DNA of 64,000 nt from Antedon mediterranea (GCF_964355755.1 NC_092677.1:82001-146000), one strand, 5' to 3'; positions 1-13,990 are shown, counted from the stretch's first letter. Numbers and translations: made by a program. The notes: a model not told the origin generated them from the sequence alone.

Positions 1-2299
1 GCACAGTGAGACTGGTATACTATCACCGTACCGTCACGGCACAGAGTAAGACTGGTATACTATCACCGTACCGTCACGGCACAGTAAGACTGGTATACTA
101 TCACCGTACCGTCACGGCACAGTAAGACTGTTATACTATCACCGTACCGTCACGGTACAGTAAGACTGGTATACTATCACCGTACCGTCACGGCACAGTA
201 AGACTGTTATACTATCACCGTACCGTCACGGTACAGTAAGACTGGTATCCTATCACCGTACCGTCACGGTACAGTAAGACTGGTATACTATCACCGTACC
301 GTCACGGCACAGTAAGACTGTTATACCATCACCGTACCGTCACGGTACAGTAAGACTGGTATACTATCACCGTACCGTCACGGCACAGTAAGACTGGTAT
401 TCTATCACCGTACCGTCACGGCACAGTAAGACTGGTATACTATCACCGTACCGTCACGGCACAGTAAGACTGGTATTCTATCACCGTACCGTCACGGCAC
501 AGTAAGACTGGTATACTATCACCGTACCGTCACGGCACAGTAAGACTGTTATACTATCACCGTACCGTCACGGCACAGTGAGACTGGTATACTATCACCG
601 TACCGTCACGGTACAGTAAGACTGGTATACTATCACCGTACCGTCACGGCACAGTAAGACTGTTATACCATCACCGTACCGTCACGGTACAGTAAGACTG
701 GTATACTATCACCGTACCGTCACGGCACAGTGAGACTGGTATACTATCACCGTACCGTCACGGTACAGTAAGACTGGTATTCTATCACCGTACCGTCACG
801 GCACAGTAAGACTGGTATACTATCACCGTACCGTCACGGTACAGTAAGACTGGTATCCTATCACCGTACCGTCACGGTACAGTAAGACTGGTATACTATC
901 ACCGTACCGTCACGGCACAGTAAGACTGGTATACTATCACAATACCCAGACCCGTAGCCAGGGGGGTTTTATGGTTCGGGCGAAACCCCCCCCCCCTCCC
1001 CCTTTACAGCGAACCCCCCTTAACCGACTGCGAACCCCCATCCCCGACATGCCCAATACTTCACCCTCATCTCCGAAAATACGTGCCCCACAGTACAAAA
1101 AGTTGTTCGTAAATTAAAAAATTCGTAAACTCGTTCGGAATAACTCATACAGTACCTTCTTCCCTGTATGAGCGTACTTCGAGCGATATAGTCTGTAAAG
1201 AGTTGCAAATGAATTGCCGATTTTAACCTGAAAAATAAATGTTTGGTCCCTGCATGTAACATGATATTGACGCGTCTCACAGCGAGCTGGGGGACGAACG
1301 ATTCGTACAAAGGACACCGCCAGACAACTGCGTACCAATTGTTTAGATCACTGGCAGTCAGGCAGCATGCATAAAGTATATAGCCTTCCGACATACATCA
1401 GTATTTATGTGTGGCTATGAAGTATAATGTATCATAGAGGATTATAGTGAATATTAATATTTTACACTATAATATCTATGGTATCATGTACTGTAGTTCA
1501 CATTATGGCATCCGATTATTTTTTTTCTAGACCACCAGCCGATACGTACTCAAATGTATCAATATCACCTATTTACATTGGCATATTTAATTTCCTCAAC
1601 AAATTGCTGTAAATAAATATTATAGATAGAGCTATAATAAGAATTGCATTTGCCTTCACCCAGTGTGCTTTTTTCGGGGCTTCTCCTAGACGTACGTTCG
1701 CATTGAACTTGAACGCAAAACAAAATATCGAGTAAATGATCAAACAATCGGCGGTTCCGCACAGAGCACGCGCATCTAACATATAATACATAATACGGCA
1801 ACAAATGTTATCGTTTAAATAGTCCATGAGTCCAAGTACGATCGTTTTGCTCATTGGTAGCATGCTGCATGAGAGTGTCTTTTCCGGCCATCTAGGGGTG
1901 TCATTTAACAAAATTTGCTTCGCCTCAGGCCCCACCCCAGGGGGGGGGGGGAGGTATGGGGGTGGGGGTGACCAAAATACTTAGTGTGCGAACCCCCCCC
2001 TTGACAGATCCTGGCTACGGTCCTGATACCGTCACGGCACAGTGAGACTGTTATACTATCACCGTACCGTCACGGCACAGTGAGACTGGTATACTATCAC
2101 CGTACCGTCACGGCACAGTGAGACTGGTATACTATCACCGTACCGTCACGGCACAGTAAGACTGGTGTACTATCACCGTACCGTCACGGCACAGTGAGAC
2201 TGGAATACTATCAGCGTACCGTCACGGCACAGTAAGACTGGTATACTATCACCGTACCGTCACGGCACAGTAAGACTGGTATTCTATCACCGTACCGTC
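1..2299. repeat. 38-bp minisatellite (GCACAGTAAGACTGGTATACTATCACCGTACCGTCACG), runs off the window start, interrupted by a MITE at 947-2025; one further degenerate unit at ~2717-2741
   Basis: Directly visible 38-bp periodicity at 1-940 and 2026-2299. Confidence 0.97.
947..2025. mobile_element. Non-autonomous DNA transposon (MITE), hAT5-like
   Basis: Imperfect 16-bp TIRs CAGACCCGTAGCCAGG / CCTGGCTACGGTCCTG, 5-bp TSD ATACC (942-946, 2026-2030), inserted within one minisatellite unit; no transposase ORF. Family assignment is inferred from the termini and TSD length. Confidence 0.8.
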
Positions 2300-2716
2300 T
2301 TATCTTTCAAAGTAAACAAAATAACAATTTAAATATAAATAATTAAGAGGCAGTAATAACATCTGGAGGTCTCCTTCCAAAAGATAAACAAACAAAGTAA
2401 ATCAGGATAACGACAAGTTAATAATAATAAAATACTATGGAAGCACAGAAAAACCAGAATAAATATGTTCTTTTATTAATTATTATTACCAATTATGTAT
2501 GGAGTAGAATTTGTTTAAGTTTAAAGGAAAATATTTTTTTAAGGTGCCATTTTAATTTCGTCGGGGAGATCATTAAATAATTTGGTGCCACTATAACGGA
2601 TATTCTGTTGCATTAATGTTAGTTTGGTATGAGGAGGGTGGAGGTTACAGGATGATCTAGTTTTATGGGTATGAATACTATTTTTTATAAAGTTGCAAGA
2701 GAGTTTAGTTGGAAGT
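2300..2716 (-). mobile_element. 5'-truncated LINE (L2/Crack/CR1-type) ORF2 C-terminus and 3' UTR
   Basis: Translation HTHKTRSSCNLHPP..RYSGTKLFNDLPDEIK matches the typical C-terminal motif of L2/CR1-clade ORF2; it is followed by an AT-rich tail and sits between minisatellite units. Confidence 0.7.
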
Positions 2717-3095
2717 ATCACCGTACCATCGCGGCACAGTAATTAATTCTGGCTAAAAAATCACCGCAAATTGAGTGTATGAAACTCATCATTATCTATT
2801 GACTAACAAATAGAAAACATCATAAATAAGTTCATTAATATTTATTATTTACTTTAGCCCTACAAACAAAATAATTTATCGTCCAACTTTCTCAAAAGTT
2901 GTCAGTAACCCAGTATTTACGTTGGAATATACCAACACAGCCTAACATTATCGTACGCAATACACAAATCTTTTATTATTAGGATCAACCAACTTTATTT
3001 ATTGCTGTAATGCAACAGTATCATGGTTCATTGTATTTATTCATTGTCAGGTCTGATATTAATTTGGTACGACAAAGCTCCTAACAAAAATGGAA

Positions 3096-3316
3096 TAAGA
3101 AATAAATTATGTCGGGCCAATTTCATATTTAGGGAGGGGACGATACACTTTTATTCTTTTTATCTTGTTATAAGAAATAAATTATGTCGGGCCAATTTCA
3201 TATTTAGGGACGATACACTTTTATTCTTTTTATCTTGTTATAAGAAATAAATTATGTCGGGCCAATTTCATATTTAGGGAGGGGACGATACACTTTTCTT
3301 CTTTTTATCTTGTTAT
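3096..3316. repeat. ~70-75-bp tandem repeat, 3 copies
   Basis: TAAGAAATAAATTATGTCGGGCCAATTTCATATTTAGGGA recurs at 3096, 3171 and 3241. Confidence 0.9.
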
Positions 3317-6173
3317 AGCTTTAATAGAAAATATGTTTTTTTTTTAAATATAATTTTTTGTGCATTTAACGAAAGAAATCGATTTTGTTTAAATATTTAA
3401 TGATTATATTTGAAAGTCCAGCGAAGAAGTAGGTCTAAATATTATTTCATTTTTTGTTACGAGGTAGCAAAAAATAGGACGAAGTAGCAAAACATGAACA
3501 GCCCCCTCTAAAAATGCGATATCAATCAGAACTACAAAACAGGTCGCAATAAAAGATTTTGCATTCGACATATAACATACATTATAATTATTATGCATAT
3601 TTAGTATTTCGCATCTTATATTTATTTCATTTTGTGAATTTTGAAGTGGGATTTAATGTTTACTCTTTTTTAAAACAAATGTAATAAAATATTTCCATCA
3701 ACTTATGTTTAAGTACACGTGTTGGTACTACTATGCAAATTACATGTGGTGATTAATAACTGAAAGAAACTCGGCGGAAAACAAAGTCATATTACCTACT
3801 ACATAAAGAATATTCGTATTTATTAATTGTTGTACCGATGTGTGTCGTGCTTCAGTCAGAAGAGTTCGTTTACTTCTATATTTTAAGTTAATTGGCCTAA
3901 GTAATTTAAAATGTTTAACCATAACAAATGTATATAGACTAGCTACTATACAGTACTATACTATAAACTAGACTAGACCGTCAATGATATTCTTTGGTAT
4001 AGGCCCTAGCCTATAAAAAGGCCAAATGTGATAAATTTGAAAAATACTTACGTTAAAATAAAAGTTAAAATATAGTAATGAAATCTGTTATATTATTAGT
4101 CTCACTTAGACGTACTCTAGTACTGTTGTCACGAGATTACGCATACGTAATGAGAGTTCGTTACCTGCATTGTACATAGGCCTGTATTCCTGCACATGAT
4201 GCTGTTGTCATTCAAACTATGCCGCTCGTCACTAGTCCGGGGTTGGCAGAATGACAATTACATTTTCCCAATTTTTATTACCAGTTGTGTCTGGTTGTCT
4301 TTGCTTAGTCTCAAATATAATAATTTGCTGAAGAACGGAGCGGTTATAAATGCTTCCTCTGCTTTTTTATTTTAATTTTATGATATTCTATTGATCATTT
4401 TCGTACGTGAAGGCCTTAATAATATTAAGGATATATAACAAAATAGGTAAATGAACAGACTCTATTCTACGAACACACCTATATAGTGCCTACAACTAAT
4501 ATCCCTACATTTCCTGAAAGTCAAATTCCATATTATTATTATTATTATAGTCATAGTTGGTACATGTTGACATATACCACAAGACAGAGGCAACACAAAA
4601 CCAAGTGACTTAATGTTTCCTGTTAAACAGTGTAAAGGAAGTACTGAAGGTAACTGTGATTTTGGTTAGAGGTTTTAAACATGAAATAGGTCTCTACACA
4701 GTAATGCTATAGACATGCCAAAATTAACACATTTCAAGTATAGACATTTGGCTTATGACCGACCCGGTTTAAAAATACCAAAAAAACAATTGTTTTCATA
4801 CTTCAAGATTTATCCAAACTCGCATGTCAAACATTATCACATCCCAAAAGTTGCGATAAACTGAACAGCAAAAGCAATTGAAGAAAAGTCGGTCATTTTT
4901 TTAAAATGTTTAATATATTGAATACTAAATAGTCAGTCCTTGGGTCATACTTTACTCAGATTTGTTGGACACCATATTGTTTTCTATAAGGATCACTGGA
5001 ACTGGATAGGCTACCCTCATTAAAGATAAGAAACAAAAAACATTTAATTCTCAAAGACAGACTCTATACAACTTTTTCCAACAATACTTTTTATTTGTAT
5101 GACAAAATATATCAAAGGCACTTGCAATCTTATGCAATAACATTAAATAAAAGTTGACACATTTGAATGTACTGTTTAAAATGAAAGTAAAAGATGTATG
5201 TACATAAACAGCACCAACGGTAAAATGGTATAAGGCATGTTATACAAAAACAAGTTGGAAAAAAATATAAAAAAAATAGCATCTTAATTGTATATATCTA
5301 TATATATCATGCACTCAAATGAATCCAATAGTATTTTACAAGATTTCTTCTCCAACAATAAACTTTTACTACAAAGTATGATGCCCGCATCATGTTTTCT
5401 TTCACTTTAGTATAAAGTGGAATATCACAATAATACCTTATTAATAACTACAAGGTATTCTGTCAATCAGCTGATGTGACGACACAGCTGATACAAACAG
5501 CATCGTCACCAGTATGTATAGCAAAGCTTAATGATATTGAATTTGTAAACAACAAATAATAAATCCATTAAACACTGCATATTTTATTTGTACCTAAATA
5601 TTAAACACTTTCAAAATGGTTCCTTAAGCTGTGCAAATTCCTTTCTATTTTTTTCAATTTTGCCAGCAAAATTAATGCTAACTATGCAATGTATTTTTTA
5701 AACTCGACATCCTTTTCTTTTTACAGAAAATTGGAAAAATTACTACAAAATTAAGACAAATGATCCACGTACAAAAATCTTGTCTCCACAGTACATGCTA
5801 CAAAGACTTTGGCTGTTTAAAAAATGGAACTCAATTTACCTATTGGAATTGACCAAAACAAAATATCAAGGGCAGTAAGTAGATAATATCTCATGTTTTT
5901 CCATTTGGAAAACTTCATTAAGGAAATTTAGGAGGCCAATTTTGGAATGTCTTGACAATCACCAGACATCATACATATTGGAGTGGAGTAGCCCTACTTA
6001 TCATAATGTAGTATTGGCATCAGCAGGGCAACAGTAAAAATGCTCCAATAGCCAATGAGGTGGTTAAGTGATATGAATAACAATGGGATTGGGCACACAA
6101 CATAATAAATGGGTACATTGAATAATTTGGTTAAAATCTGAAAGACAATTATGATTGAAAGTAAGTAAGATAT

Positions 6174-9100
6174 TCAGTCATCATCACGAGCTGGATTGAC
6201 ACCAACCATGTCATGTAGTTCTTCTGGTGAATACCCCAAGAGACTCTGCAAATCACACACAAATCTGTACACGTAACGCTTACCAGCAGTCTTATGTATA
6301 ATGTTCTTATCATAGTAATAACGAAGACCACGACTTAGTTTTTCATAGTTCATCTTGGGTTTATTTTTTCGTTTGCCCCATCGACGTGCTACCTCATCAG
6401 GATCAGAGAGTTTGAATTCCCATCCATCACCAGTCCAACTAATAATGTGTTGACATGTTTTGTCTGTTAAAAGTTCTAGAAGAAATTGCCACAACTGTAT
6501 TGGTCCACTTCCTGAATTTCAACAAAAACACAAATAATATTATTATTATGTTGGTTTCCTGACATGAATTACTAATATGTTGGGAGGGTGGAGTAGAAAT
6601 GAATAATGAAAAGAACAATAAGTAGTAACTGAGCATACAAGGGAGAATAACAATAGTTTGTTCATGATAATAATGGGTGTATCCTAACTGAAATAAACAA
6701 TGTTGAACATTTTGCTGGGTGTTCTTACCTGAATAACCAGCAAGAACTGCAGCTGGTATAACTGGGTTAGAAGGTTGTTCAAGGTACTGTTGTGATGGTG
6801 TCCTACTAGCTAAAGTGTTCATAAGATTCATATCATTACGATGTACTGGATCTGTCATGACCTTTGACACATGAACTGTATGGTACCCCAACATTGATGG
6901 GTCAAACATATCATAACCATAAACTGAAAAATAAAATATAGATAAAATATGTTATACATACTTGCTTATACACATTTTTCCAAAAAGAGTGCTTGGGTTT
7001 ACTAAAGGCACTGTTTTTTTTTAAAGTAAAATATTATAAAATATTTTAAATTTAAACAACAATTTGTTGTAGTTTGTTTTCCATAAAAATTACATTACAA
7101 CCACAATTAAAAATGATTAGAATTAAGGATAAACTATTGACTAAACTTACCTCTAGCATAATTGTTTGGATAGAACTGCTGCTGCGGTCGAGTGTGTTCA
7201 AACAAGTTGTGTGTGGCATTGTTGTACATTTCTGGGGGAGTAGTTGGTGTTGTGTTTTCTAAATATGAACACGGTGACGAGCTAACACTATAATAATCAG
7301 ATGTGTTGTCCTCTTGTTTAATGTTCAACAAATCTTCGGCATTAAAATCATTTAATGTTTGTAATGATTCAGAGACTTGATACATTCCACAATCACTGAA
7401 TGGTGTCATCGACGGAAGTGAAACTGGAACTGCTTGAGGTGTTTGATCTGGAAAACCTATGTAAGAAGTAAGATGATCCAAAGTATTTAAAAGACAAGTC
7501 TCTCCCATTCTAATATTATCAATCTTGAACACGGTAGTAATTGGAAAAAAAAAGTTATTTAAGTCTTCTGAATTTCAATAAGTTAAATGAGCATGATTTG
7601 TTGGTAGATGAATATATGAATAAAATGTAGACAGCAACAGGCAATATCCTCTTGAAGACTTAATACAACAACAAGTGACAGAAGAAGAGTGTCTGACTGT
7701 CTGATGACCAACTTGAGTCTTATACCACCTTCTCTAAAATGAATATGAGGAGTTATAACTGTGACGTACAGGAACTTATGTCACTGATTAGCCTACCGTA
7801 CATCCTTTAAAGGACAGACCTGAACACTAGATAAGATTACCATATGAACATACTACATAAGGGGTCATGACCTCCCATGCATGTTAACCCACAATCCATT
7901 GTTCTCTAATTATTGGCTTTGTTCCAAAATTGAATATTCAAAAATGAAAGATAAACAAAACAAGTAGTTTGAGAAACTGAATGACAGTAAAGTTAACAAC
8001 CAATAGGAACCTTCAAAAATAAACAATAGCAACCAATGACAAACCTGGAAACAAAATACCAACAAGTCACACCAAGCCTTATGAATATTCATTAAAAGGC
8101 ATTCATTTACATACAGATCTACAACCCTACTCTCTCAACATGTCATTTATTAATCAAAAACAAGATACAGTACTATATGATGTACTATAATAATCTTTTA
8201 AATATTATACACTATTTTGATACTCATTATATTTTTTATTATTTCATGTAGCTTAACATTTTTATTTACTATTTTAAATTTTTATGTAGTAAATGTGTTT
8301 TGATACAGTATTTTTTTTTTGTATCGTGATATAATAATATTATTATTTAGAATATTAATATTATTCCTGTTTTAATTTATATATCATTTTAAAACATTTT
8401 ACGTTTTTTAAATTGTAAAAATTTTATAGCGTTATCATTTTTAATATTGTAATTTTAATACTAGCCAGTTATTTATTGGATATATAGAATAAAATAATTT
8501 TTATTATTTTTAATGTTAATAAAATTAGTAACATTTTTTTTTTTGGATGGAATAACGCTTTTTGAACAGTGGCACAAACCAAAAGAAGCACTAAATACAT
8601 ACTTTATAACTAAAATATGCCAATGATATAAAAGGTGATTCCTTTAAATAAATACTATCATATATGAATAAACATATAGGAAACAGCCAATAAGCTAAAC
8701 CTTTGTCTGCTATTAATTAATTTATGACCATTAACACACTCTTCCAATTTAATTCTTATTGATTTCCTGTGTAAAGAAAGATAAGTTACATGAGGTGGAT
8801 TAGGTTAACAACACACTATAAATCCCTCAAATCAAGACACACAACCAAAATGGATTTACCATCTGGAGTTTATTGGTTTATCCAAAACAATTACTCTTGT
8901 CTTATCTGGTACTGACAAGCAAGGACAGTGATTATTTGGTCTGGTGCTGTTCTATTGTTTCTGCTCATTAATTACTAATCATCATGTAAAGCTATTTCAG
9001 CTTTCTGAACAAACAAGTTAAGTTGGCAAAACAATGCACATGATCTCTTGTTATGATAAGACACTTGTTACACAAAGCACTCAAAATAACTATCTTTTAA

Positions 9101-12100
9101 TTGAGAGTGACAGCAACACAATTTAAAGCACTTGCTAAAAAAAGTATATTTTAAATTAAATAAGACTTTATTTACTACAGTATAATACTTTTAATATTTT
9201 TTCTTAATTTTTAAAATCATGAATATGAATGGCAACATTATACAGTTTTTTAACTCTGGTACCTGATTGATATATTATGTTATCCTTTGTTACAATTCGC
9301 TTCACCTGATGATGGGCTATGCCCGAAACATGTCATGTTAATAAATTTATTTATTAATTTGATTTTAATAATAATATAGTTTTGTAGAGTATTTTTTTTT
9401 TTTAAACTAATATTCTAGAAAATTTGATTAAACATAATTAATGAACTTACCAGAGGATGGTAAAAAAGTGTCAAGTTTGATAGACTGAAAGAATTGTGAC
9501 TGGTTTCCAAGTGATGTCTGGTTTGGTAAAATGGTGTTTTCAGCAGTAAAAGGTACAGTATGGGAATCAATGCTTCCTATAAAAGAAAGGAAGAATTCAA
9601 CATTTGTCAATCAAACAGTACCAGTACTTCTGCAGCAGTCAATGTTAACAATAGACATTTATAAAGAACATTTCATTGTTTATTCAAAAATAAACAAATA
9701 ATGTCAATCATGTCAAATCATACTACCATGCTTTTTATTTTATACTTGGTCTATTGTACCAGGGAAGTTAACTCTTCCATGATTGTACATATAACATGTA
9801 AGGTAGTCTACACTACAGGCCATTTTAATATCACATCTGTAAGTAATAACTTTGACCAAAAATTGAATGTTGTAAACAAAAATTATATAATAACCTAATA
9901 AACTGTAACTAACTGTATTTAATACTATACTATTTAAATTTTCATTTTATACATTTTTATGACAGATTTTTTAACACAATACAGAAAATGGATAGAATAA
10001 CATAATTTGTTAAACCTTTTTTGAGTTGATCAAGATGTTCCCAAAGAATGTCTCCCATGAACGGTGGTGCCATCGACAAGAATTCTTCTTTTGAAAGGCT
10101 AGTAAGTTTGTGCCCACTAATACTAAAATTCTCGACCACTACCCCTTCAAGACAAAATTCTTTGATTGCCCACAACAACCAAGCAACTACTTGACACTCA
10201 TTCCAATGGATAGGATCTGTAAAAAAAATATATATATATATAAATTGGCTTGTGCGCGTGCGTACAACTGAGGACTAGTTCTGTTCCACCGTACCACGCC
10301 GAGAATGTTAAAGAGTCGCTATCCAATCGAGTTTGAACAATACCATGAAAGCCCCAGTGGTCTAATGGTTAGGAAATCTGCATATCAAGCAGGCGGTCCG
10401 AGTTCGAGTCTCGGTTGGGACGACTTTTTCTCATTCTCACAGATTAATTCAATTTCAGTATATCACCGGGCGGTTTAGAATTAATGTTCATTGCCTGATG
10501 TGTTTATATATAAATTGGCATGTTCATAGAACTACAGTACCTGTAATCTATAGGTGATATTATAAAGTGTTAGACAGGAACTTAACAATTAAATACATGT
10601 ACTGTACACTGACATATAAAACAGGAACTCAACTCAGTTTGTGTATTATCTGTCATCTAGCAAGCAATTGAAAGTTTCCTGAAAGGTGCATTATCATTAT
10701 TCTCATTTTTTACTTATAAATCCTATGCATAAATTTCCTGGAAATACTAAACAAAGTGGGACGACAGGTTTACCTGATGGTATGCTCAATCTTTGCTGCT
10801 CCTTTTTAAAACTACTGAAACTTTCTTTCAACCATGCATTCATCAAAGCATTTGTACCAGGTGTGGGTGGGGGCATAGTTGGATGTAAATCTGAAAAATA
10901 ATGTACATTATTTAATTTTACAAACTTACACAGAATATAATTATAAAGAAATAGTATTAATCATAAATAATATTATTTCTTTAAATATGTCATGGCTAGG
11001 GATGGTACCATGTAGTGTAATGTAGTAACTTTTTTACTCTGCTTTTAACTCCAGATAATTAGTTAGATATTCTTACTACTAAAGTACTAGTCCTCAAAAA
11101 CTGAATTAATAATATCAACATAACACATTACTACTAAAGTACCAGTCCTCAAAAACTGAATTAAGAACAACATAACACATGACATCATTTTATTTACCAT
11201 ACCTGAAGAATGGTTGGATATTTTGTAAAAAATTATACTTTTATATTTTAGAAATTAAATTACTGAAGAAAGAATGAAACAATTACTAATTTAAAATATT
11301 CAAAATGATTAAAGAGAATAAACATGTATTGTACAGAAACAATGGATTGCATTGTTTAATATAATTTAAAAGTATCACAACATGCAGCAAAATAAAACTT
11401 AAGTGACTTGAAATGAATTAAACCATATTTGTTACACAATTAATTAACTCCCTAACTAAACTATTTAATTTGTTTTTTAACTGTTGCAATTTGGAATAAA
11501 ACTTATGTTACTTGAAATGAATTAAGCCATATTTTACACAATTAATTAACTCAACTAACTTAAAATGAATATGTAAGTCATATTTGTTAAACAATTAATT
11601 AACTCCCTAACTAAACTATTTAACTTGTTTTTTAACTGTTGTAGTTTGGAATAAAACTTATGTGACTTGTTGAAATGAATTAAGTCATATTTACACAATT
11701 AATTAACTCACTAACTAAACTATAAACTTGTTTTTAACTGTTGCAACATGATTTGCATTAGGAGTAAACAAATGGGTGAGGCAAATTGTTTTAATTGAAT
11801 AATTATTATTAATTTCCTTTTTGAAAGATTTAAGGTCATTTGATAGGGTCAAATGTCATAACAACAAAATCATATTACTTACAGATTATACATTAGGAAG
11901 TGTAGACAATGAACAAATTGGGGTTTAACAAAGAGAACTAACAATAGATCATGAGAAGATCTAAAAATTAGACAAATAAATACCAGCAGTAGAGAAGAGA
12001 TTATAATAAAGATTGTAACTAAAAAAAAATTAAATATCTACTTTTAATATTCTATTAATTATTATTTTACTTGAGTTAATCACGACAATTAGAAAATCTA

Positions 12101-13990
12101 AAATAAGAAAGTAGATGGAAGATACATGAGATTTATAGAAAGATTGTAACTGAATAAATGTTTAACAATATGTAATTTTCCCAAATTTTAAAACAAAAAG
12201 ATTTAATAGAGAAAGGAAAATGTATTAAAACGATAGCATTTTGTTGGAGGCATCAGTCAGACGGGAAAACAATTTGACAGTTATAGCATGGAAAAACATA
12301 AGGTTATTATTAACGGGTGTGTCATTGGTACAGAATGGATGAAAGTACTGACAAATTTGGATAACAGGAAATTAGAGGCAAAGATGAAATTGAGCAAGCA
12401 TATCAATTGATTACTGTTCAGCCAACTCGCTTGCTTATTGTCTGTCTCTTCATAAAAATAATGTCTGGAGTGTCACCATTATAAAGAGAAATAAACCCAC
12501 ACCCATTTTTATAGTTAAAGTAATTGTAAGAGTAAGTGTAAATATGATCCTCTTAGGCAGTACAAATAATTACATGCATGTTTATGTAATAATAATCTTT
12601 AAAAAAAATAATAACAATCTTTTAAGAAAATGGAAAACCCAAAATGTCAAAGAAGTAATGACTTGACTTTTTATGAGTTGTTTATTGGAATATTTAGGAG
12701 TGGTTAATAGTTTCATTTTGTGAACATAGGAGGTGAGAAGCTTACAGTAAAAGAACCTTAGGAAACAGCTGGTGCGTGTAGATAGCCAAGATTTCCTTCC
12801 TATTTAAGCTTATCACTGAATGACACCATACAAGCGCTCACTGTAAACAACATATCTTAATAAATTAACCAATCAAAATGCAGCAAACATTGTTTTTGCA
12901 CTGATTCAATGAATGAATGTTGTAGGCAATTCAATTTGTTTGTTTCTAATCCTTCACATCAAAACTAAATTAAACTGTTTTTCTGTCAATAAATTATTTC
13001 CAGCCAATCAGATCTGAAATATTAACAAATCTTCGGTGGTGCTAATATGATTATCAAGTGGAATTATTCAATTAATTTTGACCTTAACCCAGCTACATTT
13101 TGAAATATTTATTTCGCTTATAAATACACATGTACTTTTTTTGGCTATTAATTTTAATTTTGGTAACAATATTTAGCTTTTAATTTGATATAAGATATAT
13201 AAGATTTAACTTGAATTATAATAAAAAATATAAGAAAATTTGAAAATTAAAAAATATCTTTTAATACTTGTTAGCAAAATATCTCTAATAAAAACTTGTC
13301 TATGAAAAGATGACAACTTTAAAAATTTAACTTTAAAATATACAGAGAATAGAAGTATCATTTTCAAGTTTAATTAGTTTAAATGTGTGCTTCATCCAAA
13401 TACTGTACATTAAAAACTGACTATCCCAAAAAAATAATAAAAATTGGGCGGATAATATTGTCATTAGAAAGGGAAAGAGTGAGGAAAAAAAAGATGATTT
13501 AAACTTTAACTATTATGTTGCTGGATATTGATCAAAATATGAAAAAACATTTTCCCAAGTAATAATTTTAGAATTTGTTGAGGGAGACAGTAAATAATTT
13601 ATTGTTGTTATCATAGAAATGACATCGTCATTAATATAAATAATATTTTTTCGCTCACCAAAAAAAAACTACCAAGAGTAAGAATAATACTGAAGCCAAA
13701 CAGATTTTGGACTCACTTTGATTTGCCAGATTAAACCCCCCATTGCTAAATATTATTATATCCCTTTGTAGAAAAAATACAAAAGATGATTAAACATAAA
13801 AAAGAATATGTAACATATTGTCACTGTGTGTACACATTTGTACTATTGCTTAAAATAAAAACTTACCAACTGGACTTGAATTCAAATCATCGGGTAAGTC
13901 AAAGCCGGTTGGTACCTCTTGTGCTTTTGGTTCTTGCTTGATTTTAATTGTTGGAATTGAACGATTCCAGCGTTTACATGAACCGTCCAT
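6174..13990 (-). CDS. ETS1/2: Ets1/2 (Pointed-class) transcription factor; coding exons approx. 13867-13990, 10774-10890, 10016-10216, 9451-9576, 7151-7456, 6729-6923, 6174-6511
   Basis: ETS domain [53 protein letters not shown]; PNT domain [33 protein letters not shown]; MAPK site PPTP; GT-AG boundaries with consistent phases. The start ATG at 13990 is inferred. Confidence 0.93.
9301..9345 (+). ncRNA. Minimal hammerhead-ribozyme-like motif (Penelope-like element remnant)
   Basis: CTGATGA-T-GGGC-TAT-GCCC-GAAACATGTC: intact catalytic core, stem II and a palindromic mini stem III; stem I is degenerate; AATAAA follows. Confidence 0.55.
10250..10504 (+). mobile_element. tRNA-containing insertion (SINE-like) with 15-bp direct repeats; tRNA-like cloverleaf at 10351-10422
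   Basis: Flanking TATATATAAATTGGC at 10235-10249 and 10505-10519; A box TGGTCTAATGG, B box GTTCGAGTC, T-stem CCGAG/CTCGG, followed by TTTTT. Confidence 0.7.
11390..11750. repeat. Degenerate ~110-bp intronic tandem repeat, 3-4 copies
   Basis: ACAATTAATTAACTC..AACTAAACTAT and AATAAAACTTATGTGACTTGAAATGAATTAAG recur. Confidence 0.75.

Noticed and set aside
1-940. CRISPR-like regular repeats, here and in other arrays
   Set aside because: Units are head-to-tail with no unique spacers, there are no cas genes, and the context is eukaryotic.
10351-10422. Functional tRNA gene
   Set aside because: Unusual ATC anticodon, A at position 32, an acceptor-stem mismatch and location within a direct-repeat-flanked insertion.
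11203-11262. Possible small Ets1/2 exon bounded by CAG and GTATGG
   Set aside because: It contains stops in all frames, and the flanking exons join in phase without it.
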